Shown here: positions 1-7,592 of the stretch, one piece after another
Position numbering within the stretch: the stretch's first letter is position 1
How the letters are laid out: every line of letters begins with the position of its first letter
Assembly (NCBI RefSeq): GCF_003966335.1
Contig: NZ_CP034549.1
Location: forward strand, 2,220,001-2,252,000
Reading direction: 5' to 3'
Length of the DNA: 32,000 nucleotides
Source: Nonlabens ponticola
Lineage (GTDB): Bacteria > Bacteroidota > Bacteroidia > Flavobacteriales > Flavobacteriaceae
Translations under genes and position numbers: made by a program
The notes under the pieces: generated by a model
The model's input: the letters and a program-made list of their open reading frames with translations, nothing else
What the model was told of the DNA's origin: nothing
Databases searched by the model: none

Positions 1-1
1 T

Positions 2-538
2 GATTGTGTGCAATCTAGAATGAAAGCTGCTTATCCTGATGCCACTGGTCCCATGATTGTTCATAGGCTGGACATGAGCACCTCTGGAATTATGCTTATT
101 GCCAAAACGCTGGAAGCCTATCACCACCTACAGCAGCAATTCATAAAACGTACGATCACCAAAAGATATACCGCTGTGCTTGTTGGAGTACCTAAGAAAG
201 ATAACGGCTTTATTGACTTGCCCATGCGTGTAGATCTCGATAATAGGCCTTATCAACTAGTAGATCATGAGTATGGCAAATCTGCTCGCACCAAATATAA
301 AGTTATAGGACAGTCTGATAAGCAAACACTCATTCATTTCTTTCCAATTACTGGCCGTACACATCAATTGAGAGTTCATGCAGCGCATCGTGATGGATTG
401 AACGCTCCTATAAAAGGCGATGATCTCTATGGGACAACATCAGATAGAATGTACTTGCACGCAGATCGTATTGTGTTTGTTCATCCAGCAAGCAATGAAT
501 CTATTGTTTTAGAGTCACCATCAGGATTTGGCGTATAA
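2..538 (+). CDS. RluA-family pseudouridine synthase, C-terminal part (5' end lies upstream of the window)
   Basis: The frame is open from base 2 to the TAA at 536-538. The translation contains the RluA catalytic motif HRLDMSTSGIML and the downstream GRTHQLRVH motif. Confidence 0.85.
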   Translation, partial: DCVQSRMKAAYPDATGPMIVHRLDMSTSGIMLIAKTLEAYHHLQQQFIKRTITKRYTAVLVGVPKKDNGFIDLPMRVDLDNRPYQLVDHEYGKSARTKYKVIGQSDKQTLIHFFPITGRTHQLRVHAAHRDGLNAPIKGDDLYGTTSDRMYLHADRIVFVHPASNESIVLESPSGFGV

Positions 539-540
539 AA

Positions 541-570
541 AAATCTGCAAGAAATAATTCCTGCAGATTT
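541..570. terminator. Bidirectional hairpin terminator between convergent genes
   Basis: The sequence aaatctgcaag-aaataatt-cctgcagattt forms a stem of about 10 bp. It has an A-run on the left and a T-run on the right, and sits between the stops of the RluA gene (+) and the porin-like gene (-). Confidence 0.6.
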
Positions 571-590
571 CTAATAATATTTATCACTTA

Positions 591-1181
591 TTATAGTACG
601 AGACTAAGTGCTATGATTACTTGTTCTGGTCTGGTATCGATTCTTACATTGTCAAACATATCATTTGCATAACGCGCTTCATTCTCATTGAGACCACGCT
701 CATAACGCACGTCAACACCTAGATTACCTAGATTCACGCCTACTCCAAATTGAAGACCAACCGTGAAATCATCTTGTGCATCACGCAGATCAAAGTTTAC
801 TGCACCAGTATCAAAATCTGTATCTAGAATATATTGCAGCGATGGACCAGCAAAAACATGCAATGGACCTAACACCTCAAGGCCTACCAATATTGGAGCG
901 TCAAGTTTTTTAACCTCAAAGTCACCAGCGTTGTACTCACTATTTAATTTTGTGTATATAAGTTCTGGTCTGAAATATATCGGGCCAAGATCTACTTTAC
1001 CAAAAACACCGACATGATATCCTACTCGATCGTCTGGATTTTCAGTAATGTTATTAAAATTGTCTTGAAAATCACCAACAGACCCATAGTTGAGTCCACC
1101 TTTGATCCCGAAGCCACCATCTGTCTGGGCATAGCTCAATCCTGCTAACAATAGGGTTGCTGCAATAAATAAATTTTTCAT
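591..1181 (-). CDS. Outer-membrane beta-barrel (porin-family/OmpW-like) protein
   Basis: The N-terminal signal peptide is MKNLFIAATLLLAGLSYAQ. The protein has alternating hydrophobic beta-strand patterning rich in G/Y/F and an aromatic-rich C-terminal strand, at 196 aa. Confidence 0.7.
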   Translation of the reverse strand: MKNLFIAATLLLAGLSYAQTDGGFGIKGGLNYGSVGDFQDNFNNITENPDDRVGYHVGVFGKVDLGPIYFRPELIYTKLNSEYNAGDFEVKKLDAPILVGLEVLGPLHVFAGPSLQYILDTDFDTGAVNFDLRDAQDDFTVGLQFGVGVNLGNLGVDVRYERGLNENEARYANDMFDNVRIDTRPEQVIIALSLVL

Positions 1182-1322
1182 AGTATAAGGGTTTATAAAA
1201 GCAAAACGCTTAGTTCATAATTTTATTGACTAATAATTATGCCAAAAACTTAAAGACGGTATCTTTCTTCAAGGATAAAGTTAATTAGTTCCCTAAATAT
1301 TTCGGATATTGCTAGAATAGTA

Positions 1323-1330
1323 TATATTTG
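1323..1330 (+). promoter_or_regulatory. Bacteroidota-type -7 promoter box (TAnnTTTG) for the MarR gene
   Basis: TATATTTG matches the TAnnTTTG consensus and ends 28 nt upstream of the ATG at 1358. It overlaps the operator-like motif at 1328-1342. Confidence 0.35.
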
Positions 1331-1342
1331 TACATACAATTA
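1328..1342. promoter_or_regulatory. Operator-like motif TTGTACATACAATTA (copy 1)
   Basis: This motif is near-identical (14/15) to TTGTATATACAATTA at 1806-1820, upstream of the next gene. It lies within an inverted repeat, ATTTGTA(1326-1332)...TACAAAT(1344-1350). Confidence 0.4.
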
Positions 1343-1357
1343 ATACAAATACAATAG

Positions 1358-1789
1358 ATGAGTAATAAGGTTGTTGATATTCCGCTTTCGCGAAAGCTAA
1401 TCACCACGCTAATTAAAAAAGGCGCAGGGATGACTGAAGCTATTGCGAGTGTCTTGAAAGAGGAAAAACTGACAATCCAACAATTCAATGTGTTGCGTAT
1501 TCTACGTGGCCGAAAAGGCGAACCTGCAACGCTACAAGATGTAAGTAAGAATATGTTACATGCAAATTCTAATACCACACGTGTTATTGACAAGCTTGTT
1601 GACAAGAAGTATGTTGAGCGCGTACAATGTTGTGATGATAGAAGGCAAATCCAGCTCACTATTACAAAAACAGGCCTTTCCCTACTTAAAAGATTGGATC
1701 AAAAAGTAGATGATAAAGAAAATGCCTTGCTTGATAATATGTCTTTGAATGACAAAAAGACTTTGACCGATCTATTGGAAAAACTATAA
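1358..1789 (+). CDS. MarR-family winged-helix transcriptional regulator
   Basis: The protein is 143 aa. It shows a MarR-like pattern (LTIQQFNVLRIL...ATLQDVSKNMLHANSNTTRVIDKLVDKKYVER...DDRRQIQLTIT..G). Confidence 0.8.
   Translation: MSNKVVDIPLSRKLITTLIKKGAGMTEAIASVLKEEKLTIQQFNVLRILRGRKGEPATLQDVSKNMLHANSNTTRVIDKLVDKKYVERVQCCDDRRQIQLTITKTGLSLLKRLDQKVDDKENALLDNMSLNDKKTLTDLLEKL
1384..1397. repeat. Exact palindrome GCTTTCGCGAAAGC, copy 1 (inside the MarR CDS, encodes PLSRKL)
   Basis: Direct read of the sequence: tccGCTTTCGCGAAAGCtaa. Confidence 0.95.
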
Positions 1790-1805
1790 AAATTTATTTT
1801 AATAC

Positions 1806-1820
1806 TTGTATATACAATTA
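1806..1820. promoter_or_regulatory. Operator-like motif TTGTATATACAATTA (copy 2; core TTGTATATACAA is a perfect 12-bp palindrome)
   Basis: The motif lies 20 nt upstream of the yceI-like ATG. It is followed directly by AATTAGTTCCTAAA, which also occurs as AATTAGTTCCCTAAA at 1283-1297. Confidence 0.4.
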
Positions 1821-1839
1821 GTTCCTAAACAATTAAATC

Positions 1840-2406
1840 ATGAATGTAATTTTTAAAACCGCTGTCGTTCTAGCCGTTGTTGCTAGCACCAGCACAATCT
1901 CAAACAAAATGAAAACAGTAAACACAAACAAGAGCACGGTCACATGGACTGGTAAAAAGTTAGGCGGTAGCCATAATGGTACCATCAAATTGAAATCTGG
2001 CGATCTGCAATTTAATGATAGTAAGGTCACCGGCGGTAATTTCACCATCGATATGACCACCATTGATGTCACTGACCTAACGGGTGAAAATAAAACTAAG
2101 CTAGAAGGTCACTTGAAAAGCGATGATTTCTTTGCTACTAGTACTCACGAGGAAGCAACCCTTGTCTTTACAAATGTCAAGGAAAAAAGTCCTCAAGTTT
2201 ATGAGGTAACCGGTGATTTGACGATCAAGGGTATTACTAATCCAATCACATTTGATCTACAGGCTAACGATTCTAGCGCAACTACACAACTTAATATCGA
2301 CCGTAGTAAATACGACGTGAAATACGGATCAAAGAGTTTCTTTAAAGGTCTAGGTGACAATTTTATCTATGATAACTTTGAAGTAGATGTCAAACTAGTT
2401 TATTAG
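1840..2406 (+). CDS. YceI-like periplasmic lipid/polyisoprenoid-binding family protein
   Basis: The protein has a signal peptide. It carries a YceI-like pattern (V.W.GKK..GSH.G.I....G.L........G.F.IDM..I...D........LEGHLKS.DFF.......A...F........Y.V.GDLTI.G.T.P..F). Confidence 0.85.
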   Translation: MNVIFKTAVVLAVVASTSTISNKMKTVNTNKSTVTWTGKKLGGSHNGTIKLKSGDLQFNDSKVTGGNFTIDMTTIDVTDLTGENKTKLEGHLKSDDFFATSTHEEATLVFTNVKEKSPQVYEVTGDLTIKGITNPITFDLQANDSSATTQLNIDRSKYDVKYGSKSFFKGLGDNFIYDNFEVDVKLVY

Positions 2407-2434
2407 AAAGAAACTTCAAACTGTAAAATTGAGA

Positions 2435-2467
2435 AACGGAAGCCTGGTGAGGGCTTCCGTTTTTTGT
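2435..2467 (+). terminator. Rho-independent terminator after the yceI-like gene
   Basis: AACGGAAGCC-tggtgag-GGCTTCCGTT forms a 10-bp GC-rich stem and is followed by TTTTTGTTT. Confidence 0.8.
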
Positions 2468-2588
2468 TTGTGAAGAGTGCGTCTAATACATGCAAGCAAA
2501 CACTCTAGAGCAAGTAATAACGCTAGAGCCATGGTCAAAATCCAGCGAGGCAACTACAATTGTATTTAATTTTATTTTAATTTTCTAT

Positions 2589-2951
2589 TCACTCTCCTGT
2601 ATCATAGAAAAACTGCTCTTTCCATATTTTGCCGTCTTTTACCTGATAAACAGCTAATTCGTTCATTTGTGAACGCTGGCCGCTAGGTTTGTGAGTGGTG
2701 TCCATCCAGATATTGACGACAAAATGATTGTCCGCCACCATAGGGTCGCTGTATTTATTGCCGTGCACTTCAAAATTTTCTTCCCACCACTGCCCTTTTT
2801 TCTGTATGCCGTCCATGCCGTGGACTTCTTTCATGGGCTCTGACATTTCTATGCTGGTGATTTCTGGGCTGTACAATTCCTGATAAGCCTTATCTTCTTG
2901 ATTATTGCGACAGTATTCCACGAGCTTGTTAGCCACTTCTTGAGTATTCAT
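2589..2951 (-). CDS. SnoaL-like / NTF2-fold small protein
   Basis: I prefer the ATG at 2949-2951 (MNTQEVANKLVEYC...). The 68-codon N-terminal extension in the ORF track is Arg/Ser-rich and low-complexity, and would overlap the divergent miaE start. The 120-aa size and the pattern ELYSP...S.E......G......K...W.......P.V....F.V.......G.R..M.E.AVY.VKDGKI..E.FFY fit the SnoaL/NTF2-like family. Confidence 0.55.
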   Translation of the reverse strand: MNTQEVANKLVEYCRNNQEDKAYQELYSPEITSIEMSEPMKEVHGMDGIQKKGQWWEENFEVHGNKYSDPMVADNHFVVNIWMDTTHKPSGQRSQMNELAVYQVKDGKIWKEQFFYDTGE

Positions 2952-3081
2952 AATATTTTGGTTTTTAGGTTGTATTAAAGATATAAAATATTGATAAACA
3001 AGAGATTTGAATAATCTGATTGACAGATAACTAAATGGAAACTTTCTTGAACAAACCAGCCGCCTGAACGATCTTTGTACC

Positions 3082-3684
3082 ATGGAAACAGCTAGCAAAA
3101 CAACACTAGGACTCAACCTACCTACAGATCCTCGATGGGTAGATCTAGCAGCCATGAGCTTGCAGGATATATTGACAGATCATGCTTTTTGCGAGCAAAA
3201 AGCTGCTAGCACCATGATATCTATGGTACAAATGCACAGCGATAAACCAGAATTGGTAGAAGCTCTTGCACCTGTAGTTACAGAGGAATGGGGACACTTT
3301 AGAATGGTATTGGCCGAATTAAAAAAGCGCGGAATGACGCTAGGTCTCCAACGACCTGACGACTACATCAAGACGTTGATGAAAGGAAAACCTAAGGGTC
3401 AAAGCCGTGAGTGGCTGTTCCTAGATCAGCTATTGATTTGTGCATTGATAGAGGCGAGAAGCTGTGAGCGATTTAAAATGTTATCTCAACAACTTGAAGA
3501 TGAAGGCTTGAAGAAATTCTATCATCAATTCATGGTGGCGGAAGCTGCTCATTACAGATTGTTTCTTGACTTAGGAAAAACTTATTTTCCAGAGGAACGC
3601 GTCATGAACCGCTGGCAATATTGGCTGGATTACGAGGCCTCTTTTCTTAAAGATCTAGAAGTGCGCGGTGATAGGATGCATTGA
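3082..3684 (+). CDS. miaE: tRNA-(ms2io6A37)-hydroxylase MiaE (non-heme diiron)
   Basis: MiaE family motifs are present: ILTDHAFCEQKAAS, EEWGHF, LIEARSCERF (matching my recollection of Salmonella MiaE) and AEAAHY. Confidence 0.85.
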   Translation: METASKTTLGLNLPTDPRWVDLAAMSLQDILTDHAFCEQKAASTMISMVQMHSDKPELVEALAPVVTEEWGHFRMVLAELKKRGMTLGLQRPDDYIKTLMKGKPKGQSREWLFLDQLLICALIEARSCERFKMLSQQLEDEGLKKFYHQFMVAEAAHYRLFLDLGKTYFPEERVMNRWQYWLDYEASFLKDLEVRGDRMH

Positions 3685-3690
3685 TTGAGA

Positions 3691-3714
3691 CAGTTGACAG
3701 TTGACAGTTGACAG
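3691..3714. repeat. Tandem heptamer (CAGTTGA)x3 plus CAGT
   Basis: Direct read: cagttgacagttgacagttgacagt, in the miaE-ctaA spacer. Confidence 0.9.
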
Positions 3715-3790
3715 TAAAATATAGTTTATTGAATTTCCATACCATTAGATCAGCCTTTAATCTGAGTCAGTATCAAGAAGAATATATAAT

Positions 3791-4840
3791 ATGTTTACCA
3801 TAAAAAGTTACCGTCGCTGGCTGCGCGCATCCATCGTGATAATTTACCTCATCATTATCGCTGGTGCCGTGGTGCGCATGACGGGTAGTGGTATGGGCTG
3901 TCCAGATTGGCCTAAGTGTTTTGGCTACTGGATACCACCTACTGAGGAAACAGAACTGGAATTCTCACCTGATACACATTATAAAAAAGGAATGGTCATC
4001 ATCATCAATGAAGAATTGCGTGTGGCTCGTGAGGACTTTTTTACAGGCAACACCTATCAAGAAATCGATTGGAAACCCTATATCAAACATGACTACAGCG
4101 TCTTCAATAAGTTCCACACTTGGACAGAATATATTAATAGACTGATAGGCGCACTAGGTGGACTGGTTGTGTTATTCACTGCTGTGGTCTCATTACAATT
4201 CTGGAGATCACGTAAGAAACTGACTATTCTCACCGTCGTAGCACTGCTAGCGATGCTCATACAAGCAGTTATTGGCAAGATTGTAGTAGACACCTTACTA
4301 TCACCAGTACTTATTACCATTCACATGATTGTAGCATTGCTCATCGTTGGACTGCTTATTTATCTATTGCACGAGGTCTTACCTGTCGATTCACGTTACT
4401 ACAATAAAGGCAATCTGTCACGATGGATGTTAATCATCATCGCAATGACCTTTATTCAAGTTGCCATGGGAACGCAGGTGCGTCAGTACATAGATCATCA
4501 AGTAGATTTGTTCGGCTATCCTTTGAGTAGCGCCTGGTTAGAAAACGGACCGCTGATATTCTTGATACATCGTAGTTATTCGATTTTATTGGTGCTTGTG
4601 CATATAGCAGTAAGCTACATAGCCATAAAAAAATACAAGCATCCCAAACGATCGTATTTTTCTCTTAATGCACTGATTTTGATCACGATCTTGAGTGGCG
4701 TATTAATGAATTATGTGGATTTCCCGCTAGGTTCGCAAGCCGCGCATCTCGTAACGGCATCACTCATTTTGGGACTACAGTTTTATCTATGGATGCGCCT
4801 GCGTACAGCTGCAAGATTATCTGTAGCAGCAACCTCATAG
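3791..4840 (+). CDS. ctaA: COX15/CtaA-family heme A synthase
   Basis: The protein is 349 aa and polytopic. It has the N-terminal motif RMTGSGMGCPDWPKCFG and conserved His residues in transmembrane helices (ITIHMIVALL, IHRSYSILL, AAHLVTASL). Confidence 0.8.
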   Translation: MFTIKSYRRWLRASIVIIYLIIIAGAVVRMTGSGMGCPDWPKCFGYWIPPTEETELEFSPDTHYKKGMVIIINEELRVAREDFFTGNTYQEIDWKPYIKHDYSVFNKFHTWTEYINRLIGALGGLVVLFTAVVSLQFWRSRKKLTILTVVALLAMLIQAVIGKIVVDTLLSPVLITIHMIVALLIVGLLIYLLHEVLPVDSRYYNKGNLSRWMLIIIAMTFIQVAMGTQVRQYIDHQVDLFGYPLSSAWLENGPLIFLIHRSYSILLVLVHIAVSYIAIKKYKHPKRSYFSLNALILITILSGVLMNYVDFPLGSQAAHLVTASLILGLQFYLWMRLRTAARLSVAATS

Positions 4841-4866
4841 AGACGAGCTACCACACTTAAAAATCT

Positions 4867-4874
4867 TATATTTG
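4867..4874 (+). promoter_or_regulatory. Candidate -7 box TATATTTG
   Basis: The sequence matches TAnnTTTG and ends 21 nt upstream of the ATG at 4895. Confidence 0.3.
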
Positions 4875-4894
4875 CCACCCTTAAAATCAAGCAC

Positions 4895-5410
4895 ATGATT
4901 TATCGATTAAGAGCCATTCTTGATGCCACTCAAGATGTCTTTAGAGATATAGAAATTGAAGAAACCGCAAGTCTGGAAGACCTGCATAATGTCATTATGC
5001 AATCCTTTCAACTGCAAGGTGATGAAATGGCCAGTTTTTATGCCAGTGATGATGAGTGGAATCAAGGCGAGGAATATTGCCTGTTTGATATGAGTGATGG
5101 CCTGTCGCCTGTTAAGAAAATGTGTGATACACCTCTTAGCGATGCCATGAGCAAATCCAAGACTAAGATGATCTATGTCTATGATTTTCTCAATATGTGG
5201 ACTTTTCTCATTGAGTTGGCAGATGTTGCTGGCGCTGTAGATGGCACGGCTTATCCGCAAGTGATTTTTGCCATAGGTGAGTTACCAGACTCGCCACCAG
5301 ACAAGGAATTTGAAGCAGATCCTCGCTTCCATGATGATGAGGATAATGATGATGAATATGGCGATGATGAGGAGTTTTATGAGGATTATGACGATAACGA
5401 GTTTTACTAG
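4895..5410 (+). CDS. pRiA4b ORF-3-like (PF07929-type) domain protein with an extremely acidic C-terminal tail
   Basis: YRLRAIL....VFRDIEI.....LEDLHNVIMQSF......MASF and YVYDFLNMWTFLIEL resemble the family pattern Y.LkV.L...iWR.i.v.....L..LH..iq.afgw...HLh.F / Y.YDFGD.W.H. The tail is DDEDNDDEYGDDEEFYEDYDDNEFY. Confidence 0.6.
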   Translation: MIYRLRAILDATQDVFRDIEIEETASLEDLHNVIMQSFQLQGDEMASFYASDDEWNQGEEYCLFDMSDGLSPVKKMCDTPLSDAMSKSKTKMIYVYDFLNMWTFLIELADVAGAVDGTAYPQVIFAIGELPDSPPDKEFEADPRFHDDEDNDDEYGDDEEFYEDYDDNEFY

Positions 5411-5416
5411 ACCACT

Positions 5417-6475
5417 ATGATCAACCTGTACAATACTAGAATTGAGGAACTCGCGATCCATCGTGTAGGTAACAAGAATAAAGGTGAGATGCTGCTCACG
5501 TCAAGTAATAAGACGCCGCTGGATGACGAGATGCACTCGTTGCTCAAGGAATATTTCTTGAAACCATTCCGCAGTAAGGAAGAGGCCTATTACAGTTTTA
5601 CCCATGAACAGGATCTAGAGTTTCATGATATGTACGCTTTCGCGAAAGCGATATTCAATACACCATCATCACTACTAGAAAATTCTAAGAATGCCGCCAA
5701 GCATCTATATCAACAGTCGGTGCATCCACATATACGCAGCGGCGAGTTGTATGTGTGTTACCTCACTGGACTCATGCTAGACAATAATAAAGTTGATGCA
5801 ATAGGATTATTCAAGAGCGAGATCAAACAAGATTTTTTACAGTTTGAAGAAGGCGAGTTAGATCTCAAGATGATCCTACAGCAAGGTGTCAACCTCAACA
5901 AACTAGACAAGGGCGCCATCATATTTAATGTCGAAGAAGAACAAGGATACAAGATCCTATCGGTTGATAGCAACAGATATGACGCTAAATACTGGCTAGA
6001 GGATTTTCTAGGTGTAGACGTTTTTGAGGATGAAAATTTCTTCACAAAGAAATATTTGAAATTCTGTCAGGACTTTGCCAAGGACGTTGTTCTGCCTGCC
6101 GAAGACAAAAAAGAAGAAGTTATGTTCATGAACAGATCTATGAACTATTTTGCCAAAAATGATGACTTTGAAGAGACAAAATTCCTGAACGAGACGCTGG
6201 AAAACCCAGAGCTTATTCCAGAGTTTAAACACTATAAGACTGAGAAAGGACCTAAGTATTCTATTGAGGACGTTTCTACTTTCCCTATTTCAAATACTGC
6301 GGTAAGCGCGGCGCGCAAAGGAATAAGGAGTGTTATCAATCTAGACACACATGTACAGATCAAGATGGATTTCACCAACAGCGACAGTGCCGAAAAATTT
6401 ATTGAGAAAGGCTGGGACGAGGAACGACAAATGTATTATTACCTCGTGTACTTTAACCGCGAGGAAAAGAAGTAG
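5417..6475 (+). CDS. NdpA/YejK-like nucleoid-associated protein (NA37 family)
   Basis: At 352 aa the size matches YejK. The N-terminus IEELAIHRVGNK and the later blocks (HIRSGELYVCY, NLNKLDKGAIIF, RYDAKYWLEDFLG) parallel the YejK layout. Confidence 0.65.
   Translation: MINLYNTRIEELAIHRVGNKNKGEMLLTSSNKTPLDDEMHSLLKEYFLKPFRSKEEAYYSFTHEQDLEFHDMYAFAKAIFNTPSSLLENSKNAAKHLYQQSVHPHIRSGELYVCYLTGLMLDNNKVDAIGLFKSEIKQDFLQFEEGELDLKMILQQGVNLNKLDKGAIIFNVEEEQGYKILSVDSNRYDAKYWLEDFLGVDVFEDENFFTKKYLKFCQDFAKDVVLPAEDKKEEVMFMNRSMNYFAKNDDFEETKFLNETLENPELIPEFKHYKTEKGPKYSIEDVSTFPISNTAVSAARKGIRSVINLDTHVQIKMDFTNSDSAEKFIEKGWDEERQMYYYLVYFNREEKK
5636..5649. repeat. Exact palindrome GCTTTCGCGAAAGC, copy 2 (inside the NdpA-like CDS, encodes AFAKA)
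   Basis: Direct read: tacGCTTTCGCGAAAGCgat. It is read in a different frame from copies 1 and 3. Confidence 0.95.
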
Positions 6476-6479
6476 TCCA

Positions 6480-7538
6480 CTACTCTGCCGAGTAATTACG
6501 TCTTATAAATTCAAGTGCCGTATTGAGAACTGAACCCATGGTGCGACAGGTTTTGAACTTGATATCACCCGTGTAATTATGCAATTCTCTTTTAAGCTGT
6601 TTGAGCTTCGCAGTTTCTGATATATTGTCTGCACGCATACATTTAATCAATGCTTTATATCTGGATTGGGTGTTAATCAAACGTTTTGCAATCAAGGCTC
6701 GTTCTTCCTTTTTGTATTGCTCTATGCTTTCGTTTTTCAAACAATCGGCTACATTCATGACCATAGGCACATTTTCCTTAAAAAATTGTGGCCTGTAAAC
6801 CTTCATTCGACCTTCATAACATTGCTGGTCAAAGTCAATAGCTCTTATCGCATAGCTCACGCGATCAAAGTCGTGTGTTGGGATAATGACATAATTGTAA
6901 GCCCGCATATCACCCAATAAACGTATCAAACAACGCTCATTGAACTTGACAAATTCCTTGGCAATTTGCGTGCGTTCTTGATGATCGCAGGCCTCTAGAT
7001 AATCCTCGATAAATTCGTCACCAGGAATTCCGGCTATATGTTCTTCTATGAGTGTATCATTACTAACTAAAAAGTTTATACGGTGCGGCGATAGCAAGTG
7101 CTCCAACTCAAGACCATACACTCTGGACGAATCAGCTTTCTTAACATAGAAATAGGTATGACCGTCATTCAAGATATTTCTGATCTTGATGCGGAATGGC
7201 TTAGTATTACCAAACGTGCAGTAATCCACAGCATCCACGCTTAAGAACTCCAGTGACTGGTCGCGACCATCACTGTGTAGGATGTCATAGATATGCTTTA
7301 AATCACGATCAATATGCTCTCGCTCATGATCTGGATAATAGCAACGCACCCAGAGTGTATCGTCATCATTTTTATCATATACGGTTACCGCGCCTTGAAA
7401 CCTCAAGAGGTCATCATAAGAAACTGAGATCTTTGACTCACGATTGTATTTTTTTAAGTAAGCTTGCAACGGTTGATTGATAGCAAACGTGGGCTTTTTG
7501 CGAGATAACAACTTATCATCGGCAATATCTATGTTCAT
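6480..7538 (-). CDS. Hypothetical protein (352 aa) with kinase-like/ATP-grasp-like motifs
   Basis: This is a long uninterrupted ORF packed tightly between neighbours, 4 nt from the convergent stop and 54 nt from the divergent ABC gene. Motifs are YFYVKK, LIEEHIAGIPGDEF, GDMRAYN and AIDFDQ. I do not recognise a confident family. Confidence 0.7.
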   Translation of the reverse strand: MNIDIADDKLLSRKKPTFAINQPLQAYLKKYNRESKISVSYDDLLRFQGAVTVYDKNDDDTLWVRCYYPDHEREHIDRDLKHIYDILHSDGRDQSLEFLSVDAVDYCTFGNTKPFRIKIRNILNDGHTYFYVKKADSSRVYGLELEHLLSPHRINFLVSNDTLIEEHIAGIPGDEFIEDYLEACDHQERTQIAKEFVKFNERCLIRLLGDMRAYNYVIIPTHDFDRVSYAIRAIDFDQQCYEGRMKVYRPQFFKENVPMVMNVADCLKNESIEQYKKEERALIAKRLINTQSRYKALIKCMRADNISETAKLKQLKRELHNYTGDIKFKTCRTMGSVLNTALEFIRRNYSAE

Positions 7539-7592
7539 TCTCGTAACATTTCTAATTTGTAACAGTCACATAATACAACAAAAACTTTATCC

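Noticed and set aside
1312-1659. A 115-aa antisense ORF overlapping the MarR gene. Similar antisense or shadow ORFs occur at 763..1017, 4907..5260, 13202..13507, 16312..16680, 16344..16631, 17234..17488, 21492..21794, 24770..25024 and 30740..31147.
   Set aside because: Each lies opposite, or out of frame with, a CDS that carries strong family motifs. Their translations are Ser/Cys/Arg-rich with no recognisable domains, which is typical of shadow ORFs.
2483-2496. CTAATACATGCAAG, a 14-mer that (from memory) matches a conserved stretch near the 5' end of 16S rRNA.
   Set aside because: The match is isolated. The flanking sequence has no further rRNA similarity and the spacer is only about 120 nt, so I treat it as coincidental.
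2952-3155. The 68-codon N-terminal extension of ORF 2589..3155 (-).
   Set aside because: The extension is low-complexity and Arg/Ser/Leu-rich and would overlap the divergent miaE start by 74 nt. The internal ATG at 2951 gives a compact 120-aa SnoaL-like protein.
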